Shown piece after piece: positions 58,428 to 64,000 of a stretch of DNA of 64,000 nucleotides (position 1 is the stretch's first letter; each line of letters opens with the position of its first letter). The translations under genes were made by a program, and so were the position numbers. Source of the DNA: Planctomycetota bacterium (GTDB lineage: Bacteria > Planctomycetota > UBA1135 > JACQFD01); contig JBJXHE010000008.1 of the NCBI GenBank assembly GCA_046160785.1, positions 3,920 to 67,919 of the forward strand. The letters run 5' to 3'. The notes below the pieces were generated by a model. It was not told the DNA's origin. It saw only the letters and a list, made by a program, of their open reading frames with translations, and made no database searches.

Positions 58428-59513
58428 TTAAATACCATTTGGGTATAATACGACCTTCATCGCCTCGCCGCGGTCGAATTTTTGGAGGCCCGTCTCGAAT
58501 TCTTCGAGCGGGAGTTCATCGGTCACAACAAAATCGACGTCGAGGCCTCCGCCGAGCAATGCTAACATTTTGTGCCAGGTATCAAATATTTTGCGGCCGA
58601 AGATGCCCTGCATGTCGACGCCCTTGAACACGACGTCACGATTATAATTTGCAAATTGGACGCTCTTGTTTTTTGTTAATCCGAGCAGCCGCATCTGTCC
58701 GCCCGGACGCAACATTTCGAGGCCATCGTTAATCGCAACTTCGGCACCCGAGATTTCTAATACAACGTCGCAGCCGTCGCCGCCCGTCTCGCGTTTGATT
58801 TCGGTAATCGCCGCGCGCCGGCCCTCGCCGCGAACATCATAAATAAAGATAGGTAATGTTCGCCCCGCTTTCGCTTCGCACTGGGTTTTCCATTTTTTCG
58901 CGCGCGCCAAATTGTGTGAATTCACATCTGTTATAAAGATTGCGCCCGATCCGCAGAACTGGGCTACCGCGGCCGTCATCGCGCCGATCGGGCCGAAACC
59001 GAGAATCGCTACAGTTCGGCCTGGAATGTCGGCCGACAGTGCGGTGTGAACCGCGTTTCCGAGCGCGTCGAGAAACGCGCCGATCTTAGGCGAAAGCGTT
59101 TTTGGTAATTTAACTAAATTGCTCGCGGGCAATGCTACAAATTGCGAAAACGTGCCGTCTTGATGCATTCCAACAACTTTATGATTTCCGCACAAATGGG
59201 CGGCGCCGTTCCGGCAAGCGGCGCATCTGTTACAAACGACGTGCATCTCGCACGAAACGTAATCACCAACATTCCAGCCGCTGACATTCTTACCAATCTC
59301 CGCGACCTCGCCGCAAAATTCATGGCCGGGAGTGAACGGCGGATTCAATCCATCGCGAATCGACTCGTCCCAATGCCACAAATGTCGATCGGTGCCGCAG
59401 ATTCCGGCGGCCTTTACCTTTACTAATACTTGCCCGTTTCCGGGAGCGGGCGTTGGAATATCTTCGAGTACGAACGATCCGTCGGTCGGTCGTGCGAGGC
59501 GGATTGCTTTCAT
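58428..59513 (-). CDS. tdh: L-threonine 3-dehydrogenase (Zn-dependent MDR)
   Basis: ICGTD, GHEF, structural-Zn [18 protein letters not shown]; directly upstream of kbl. Confidence 0.9.
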   Translation of the reverse strand: MKAIRLARPTDGSFVLEDIPTPAPGNGQVLVKVKAAGICGTDRHLWHWDESIRDGLNPPFTPGHEFCGEVAEIGKNVSGWNVGDYVSCEMHVVCNRCAACRNGAAHLCGNHKVVGMHQDGTFSQFVALPASNLVKLPKTLSPKIGAFLDALGNAVHTALSADIPGRTVAILGFGPIGAMTAAVAQFCGSGAIFITDVNSHNLARAKKWKTQCEAKAGRTLPIFIYDVRGEGRRAAITEIKRETGGDGCDVVLEISGAEVAINDGLEMLRPGGQMRLLGLTKNKSVQFANYNRDVVFKGVDMQGIFGRKIFDTWHKMLALLGGGLDVDFVVTDELPLEEFETGLQKFDRGEAMKVVLYPNGI

Positions 59514-59594
59514 AGGAGGCGCGAAGTGTAGCACGGCGGACGAACGCGGCGGAAACGCGTCGGGGCGCCCCGCAGTATTTGTTAGTATGCCGCG

Positions 59595-59942
59595 ATGACC
59601 GCCCCCGACCTTCGCCTCGAAAGCAACGCCGACCTCGATCTCGCTCTCGATCGTTCACTAAACGAAGGAGTATTGATATTTAAACATTCGACGCGCTGCC
59701 CGATCTCCGCAGCGGCGCACGAAGAGTTCATGGATTTTCTTAGTCATCGCGCGGCGGGAAAGCCGTTTTGCGCGCTCGTGCTCGTCGTCGAGCAGCGCCC
59801 GATTTCGCTCGAAATCGAGAAGCGCGTTGGGGTGAAACATGAATCGCCGCAGGCTTTATGGGTCAAGAATCGCGCTGTCGCCGGCTCACTGTCGCACGGT
59901 GCGATTACAAGCGAGGCGCTCGCGGCGCTGGCTAAGTATTAA
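59595..59942 (+). CDS. ytxJ: Monothiol bacilliredoxin YtxJ/BrxC family protein
   Basis: FKHSTRCPIS and GVKHESPQ signature motifs. Confidence 0.88.
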   Translation: MTAPDLRLESNADLDLALDRSLNEGVLIFKHSTRCPISAAAHEEFMDFLSHRAAGKPFCALVLVVEQRPISLEIEKRVGVKHESPQALWVKNRAVAGSLSHGAITSEALAALAKY

Positions 59943-59985
59943 ATAGGCCAAGTATCAACAAATCCGTTTTTGTAATTTAACCTTA

Positions 59986-60146
59986 ACAGCCCGTGGCAAA
60001 AGTCATCCTATTCAAATATGTTCTTTTTTGTTAACTCATCGTCAAACCATTTTCGACGTAAGTTCTTACTACGCCTCAAACGGTTTTCCTCGATTTAACA
60101 AAAAGTTCCAATATTTGAATTGCGGAGCACTTTTGCCACAGGCTGT
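59986..60146. mobile_element. 161-bp MITE-like palindromic element, copy 2
   Basis: Terminal inverted repeats ACAGCCCGTGGCAAAAGT / ACTTTTGCCACAGGCTGT, flanked by TTA on both sides. Confidence 0.8.
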
Positions 60147-60157
60147 TTACCGTTTTT

Positions 60158-62272
60158 ATGGACTCAACCATCGTGAGATTTCGAAACGTATATAAATATT
60201 CCACGGCGATTTCAATTTTAGTTATACTGGGAGTATTAACATCCTGCAAATCAGTAGATGCGTCCGGCGGCAGATCGCTTCCAAGCCAGATTCCCCATTT
60301 TGTGGGTTCCAAGCCGGGCGCGCTCGCGATCGAAGAATTATTACAAATGCCGTCGGTGATTTCGCCGGATTTGTCTCCCGACGGAAAATCGGTTGTATTT
60401 ATTGTTAATGAACCGACGCTCGATCCGAAAGGCAAGACTCGCGGATCGATGTGGATTGTCGAAAGCGACGGAGTGTCGGCGCCGCAGATTGTTAGTAACG
60501 CGCCCGCGAATCCGTCGGGGCCGAAATACTCGCCGGACGGCCGCACCATTTTATGTGTATCATCGCAGTCGGGATCGGCGCAGGCGTGGAGCGTTCCCCT
60601 GAACGGCGGCGACGCCCGGCAAATAACTAAAATGGAGAATGGGATCGCCGACCCTGCGTGGTCGCCCGACGGGCGTTTTATTGCATTTGCGTCGGATGTG
60701 AACTTAAAAACAACTATTCCGGAGGGTTTGCAGGCGAAGCTAATTGATAAATTACTATTCCGGCACTGGACCGAATGGCGCGACGCGGTCCGCACCCACA
60801 CTTTTGTTACTAATTTTACAACGGGCGCAACGCAACAAATCTCGGCGAAGGAATTTGACGCGCCCGGATTTTCGCTCGGCGGCCCGACGCCGTACGCGTT
60901 CTCGCGCGACAGCAAATGGTTATATTACACTCAAGGCGCGGAGAAGAATGAAGCCATCTCAACCGATTTTAATCTTTATGTTGCGCCCGTCGACGGTTCC
61001 GCGCCCGGAGTGCGTTTAACTAAGAATACCGGATGGGACGGTTCCCCGTCCGTTTCGCCCGACGGCAAATATGTAGCATTTCGTTCGCAGGCGACCGACG
61101 GTTTCGAATCCGACCGTTTTACAGTTCAGCTTTTGGATACAAAAACGAGGTCGATTACACAAATCGCAAAAGATATCGATCGCTGGATCGATGAAATTGT
61201 ATGGTCGCACGATTCGAAAACTGTATTTCTCGGTGCGGAAGACGAAGGCACGCACGCGATCTGGAGGGCGCCGGTCGACGGAGGAGCAAGTACACAAATC
61301 GTGCGGACGAATATTTCAGGTTTGACGATCTCTCCGGATTCTAAGTTTCTCGTAGGGCGCTGGAGTTCGCTTAAACGAGCAGGGGAGGTCGCTAGAATTA
61401 ATATTAAGGATGGAAGCCGCGTAATGTTAACAAAAGTAAATGACGCGTTTTTTACTGAAAAAGCGATGGGCGAAGTCGAATCGGTTTGGATCGAAGGTGC
61501 CGAGCGCGTTCCCGGAGCGCGCGGTTCGAAAATTCAAGGATGGTTAGTAACGCCGCCTAACTACAAAAAGGGAACGAAAGCGCCTTTCATATTAATGATT
61601 CACGGAGGCCCGCAGCAGGCGTGGCTTGATAATTTTGGCGGAAGCGGAATGTGGAACCCGCAAATTTACGCGGCGCAGGGATATGTAGTATTAGCATTAA
61701 ATCCTCATGGGTCGACCGGCTTTGGGCAGGAATATACAAATCAAATCAGCGGCGACTGGGGCGGAGCCGTTTATGAAGATTGCATGCGCGCTACCGATTG
61801 GATGATTGCGCAAGGCTACGCCGATCCGGCGCGAATGGCAGCGATCGGCGCGTCGTTCGGCGGCTATATGGTAGATTGGATTCTGGGCCATACCGACCGG
61901 TTCAAAGCATTAGTATCGCATGCCGGAGTATACAATTTAGATTCGATGTACGGCGTGACCGAGGAATTGTGGTTTCCGGAATATGATTTAAAAGGACGCC
62001 CGTGGGATTCGGCGTTGTATCGCGATCGCTCGCCGCACGTTTTTGGTAAAAACTTCAAAACGCCAACGTTAGTAACCCACGGCGAACTCGATTATCGCGT
62101 TCCGATCGGCGAGGGAATTCAATTATTTACAACATTACAGCGCCTCGGCGTTCCGTCGAAATTCTTATATTTCCCCGACGAAGGCCACTGGCTCCTCAAA
62201 GCTCGAAATCGCGAATTGTGGCTTCGCGTTGTATTCGATTGGCTTAATAAATATGTTCGCGACACAAAGTAA
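60158..62272 (+). CDS. S9 family peptidase, lipoprotein with TolB-like SPDG propeller repeats
   Basis: IHGGPQ, GASFGG (Ser), D.RVP (Asp), PDEGH (His). Confidence 0.94.
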   Translation: MDSTIVRFRNVYKYSTAISILVILGVLTSCKSVDASGGRSLPSQIPHFVGSKPGALAIEELLQMPSVISPDLSPDGKSVVFIVNEPTLDPKGKTRGSMWIVESDGVSAPQIVSNAPANPSGPKYSPDGRTILCVSSQSGSAQAWSVPLNGGDARQITKMENGIADPAWSPDGRFIAFASDVNLKTTIPEGLQAKLIDKLLFRHWTEWRDAVRTHTFVTNFTTGATQQISAKEFDAPGFSLGGPTPYAFSRDSKWLYYTQGAEKNEAISTDFNLYVAPVDGSAPGVRLTKNTGWDGSPSVSPDGKYVAFRSQATDGFESDRFTVQLLDTKTRSITQIAKDIDRWIDEIVWSHDSKTVFLGAEDEGTHAIWRAPVDGGASTQIVRTNISGLTISPDSKFLVGRWSSLKRAGEVARINIKDGSRVMLTKVNDAFFTEKAMGEVESVWIEGAERVPGARGSKIQGWLVTPPNYKKGTKAPFILMIHGGPQQAWLDNFGGSGMWNPQIYAAQGYVVLALNPHGSTGFGQEYTNQISGDWGGAVYEDCMRATDWMIAQGYADPARMAAIGASFGGYMVDWILGHTDRFKALVSHAGVYNLDSMYGVTEELWFPEYDLKGRPWDSALYRDRSPHVFGKNFKTPTLVTHGELDYRVPIGEGIQLFTTLQRLGVPSKFLYFPDEGHWLLKARNRELWLRVVFDWLNKYVRDTK

Positions 62273-62280
62273 ACAAATTT

Positions 62281-62745
62281 ATGAATCGCCCTGATTTCGT
62301 CGGAGTCTATGGATGGCTTGAGGAGGACGGCAACGTTCTCCTCGTTGCTACATATCGAGATCTCGGCGCCCCCCAGAAACAGTTATGTTGGGAATTGCCC
62401 GGCGGAAAAGTCGAAAAGGGGGAGACGCACGCGGAAGCGATTCGCCGCGAAATGAAGGAAGAGACCGGGCTCGACGTGGAGGTGTGCGACTCATTATTTA
62501 TGTTTCACGGCGAACGCTACAAAAACAAAAAATGTAAGTACCGATGGGAAGGCCGCTTTTTTAGTTTGAAACGGATCGGCGGATTATTGCAAAGCCACGA
62601 CTCGGAAACGGTCGACGTCAGAATGGCCCCGGTCGCGGAATTAACAAAAATCTTGACGGCGCCCTATCACGGGCCCGTCTTAAAATGGCTCGCGGGCGGC
62701 CGAATCTTGAAAGAAGATGTCTTGCGGTGGGAAGACGAATCGTAG
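62281..62745 (+). CDS. NUDIX hydrolase
   Basis: Nudix box GGKVEKGETHAEAIRREMKEETG. Confidence 0.92.
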   Translation: MNRPDFVGVYGWLEEDGNVLLVATYRDLGAPQKQLCWELPGGKVEKGETHAEAIRREMKEETGLDVEVCDSLFMFHGERYKNKKCKYRWEGRFFSLKRIGGLLQSHDSETVDVRMAPVAELTKILTAPYHGPVLKWLAGGRILKEDVLRWEDES

Positions 62746-62847
62746 CGTTGCGTCCCTCGCGGCCCTCGAATAGAATCCGATGCGTCACTCTCCGACATTT
62801 CTAACTAAAACCACCACAAGCCGCGGCGAACCGCGAGGTTGTTAACG

Positions 62848-63399
62848 ATGAGGTTCATATCAAATAGACTGTTAACTTTGCAAAATCGATTTATAATGAT
62901 TCCAACGCTTGGTATTATTACAGTTTTCTGCGGGTTCTCCGCAATCGCGGCGAGATTCGGGGGCGGGAATGGTCCGATGCATGGAACCTGGTTATTGACA
63001 GTTAATAATTCAGAACATGACAGCGCTGGCTCCAAGCCCGTGAAGTCGAAAGAGACGCTAACGGTAGCAATTACTGATAATAATTCCGGACCTGTATCAT
63101 TAATTTCAATGCAAGGAATCAGCGCTGGTAACGAGGACCTCTTTTTATTTGGAAACCGCGTCGGAACCGCATTCTTTGTTCAAACCGCGGCGCTCGGCGA
63201 CGGTTCAGAATTAGTAACTCTTTCAGGAACCATCTCGAAGCCAGGCACCGACGGACAATCTAAAACTTTTAGAGGAACGGGCAGCTCGCTCGGATTTGAC
63301 GGCGGCGGCGGAAAATTCGCGACGGGAACGTCCGACAGCACGAGTGTTGATTCACTTACTTTATTTAAGCTCTCTGCGAAGCGTGTGCAGGTTCAGTAA
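62848..63399 (+). CDS. Exported hypothetical beta-rich protein, paralog 1
   Basis: RBS GAGGT, signal-like N-terminus; aligns over its full length with the next ORF. Confidence 0.75.
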   Translation: MRFISNRLLTLQNRFIMIPTLGIITVFCGFSAIAARFGGGNGPMHGTWLLTVNNSEHDSAGSKPVKSKETLTVAITDNNSGPVSLISMQGISAGNEDLFLFGNRVGTAFFVQTAALGDGSELVTLSGTISKPGTDGQSKTFRGTGSSLGFDGGGGKFATGTSDSTSVDSLTLFKLSAKRVQVQ

Positions 63400-63433
63400 T
63401 AACTACAACAATATATAAAAGAGGTAATTAACA

Positions 63434-63979
63434 ATGCGATTCATTACAACTGTGCTTGCGTCTGCGCGATCCCGCCGAATTGTTTTGCCGACGCTAGGAA
63501 TTTTAGCAATCTTCTGCGGAATTGCGGCGCTCGGTTCGAACGCGACCGCGCGCATGGCGGGCGCACCAGGGCCGATGTCGGGCAACTGGATTTTTACAGT
63601 TAACAATTCAGAACACAACAATACCGGCTCGAAGCCCGTAAAAGAAAAGCAAACCCTCCAATTTAGTATTACGGATTCTCAGGGCACAATTTCAAATATA
63701 TCAATGCAGTCGATCGGAGGAGAAGATAACATTTTCCTGGTCGGCACGCGCGTTGGCACTGCGTTTTATGTAGAGTCCGCAGAAACCGGCGTTGAGTCCG
63801 AATTTACAGCAATTTCGGGAACGATCGGGAAGCCAGACGTGAACGGGCAATCCAAAACTCTGAAAGCTACAGGTGCTTCGGTAGGCTTTATTGTTAGCGC
63901 ATTACCTGGAACGTCGGACGGAGAAGGTGTAAGCGGCATCACGCTACTAAAAATCTCCGGCAAGCGCGATTCGGACTAA
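63434..63979 (+). CDS. Exported hypothetical beta-rich protein, paralog 2
   Basis: RBS GAGGT; shared motifs GPM.G.W..TVNNSEH...GSKPVK.K.TL, LFL.G.RVGTAF, SGTI.KP..GQSKT. Confidence 0.78.
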   Translation: MRFITTVLASARSRRIVLPTLGILAIFCGIAALGSNATARMAGAPGPMSGNWIFTVNNSEHNNTGSKPVKEKQTLQFSITDSQGTISNISMQSIGGEDNIFLVGTRVGTAFYVESAETGVESEFTAISGTIGKPDVNGQSKTLKATGASVGFIVSALPGTSDGEGVSGITLLKISGKRDSD

Positions 63980-64000
63980 GAACACAACGAAATGAATTTG

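Noticed and set aside
55896-59513. tdh-kbl-symporter operon as a novelty
   Set aside because: Ordinary threonine catabolism; only the transporter substrate is uncertain.

Overview
Bacterial chromosomal window, gene-dense, with no prophage, CRISPR array or transposase. Gene content suggests a Planctomycetota-like organism (inference). It holds about 45 CDS. Housekeeping and metabolic genes: gltX, archaeal-type topoisomerase VI top6B/top6A, mqnA, xylA, tdh-kbl plus a symporter, ytxJ/brxC. Secreted modular proteins: Kelch, FG-GAP, two GSDH beta-propellers, S8 and M4/M36-like peptidases, and GH38, GH116 and GH2-like glycosidases. Three tRNAs lie on the minus strand (Gln-UUG, Glu-CUC, Gln-CUG). 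Main leads: (1) a domain of about 140 aa with two conserved Cys that I cannot name, shared by the C-termini of unrelated secreted proteins, possibly a sorting or surface-anchoring module; (2) a 161-bp palindromic element in two copies with compensatory changes in its terminal inverted repeats, one copy supplying the stop codons of both flanking genes; (3) a highly structured non-coding region of about 330 nt downstream of the topo VI operon, with a tRNA-like subdomain, and a second structured element upstream of it; (4) a compositionally foreign collagen/S74 fibre gene between gltX and the tRNAs; (5) an unusual CpG-retaining, AT-eroded sequence signature. All motif calls and RNA pairings were read by eye; no searches or folding programs were run.
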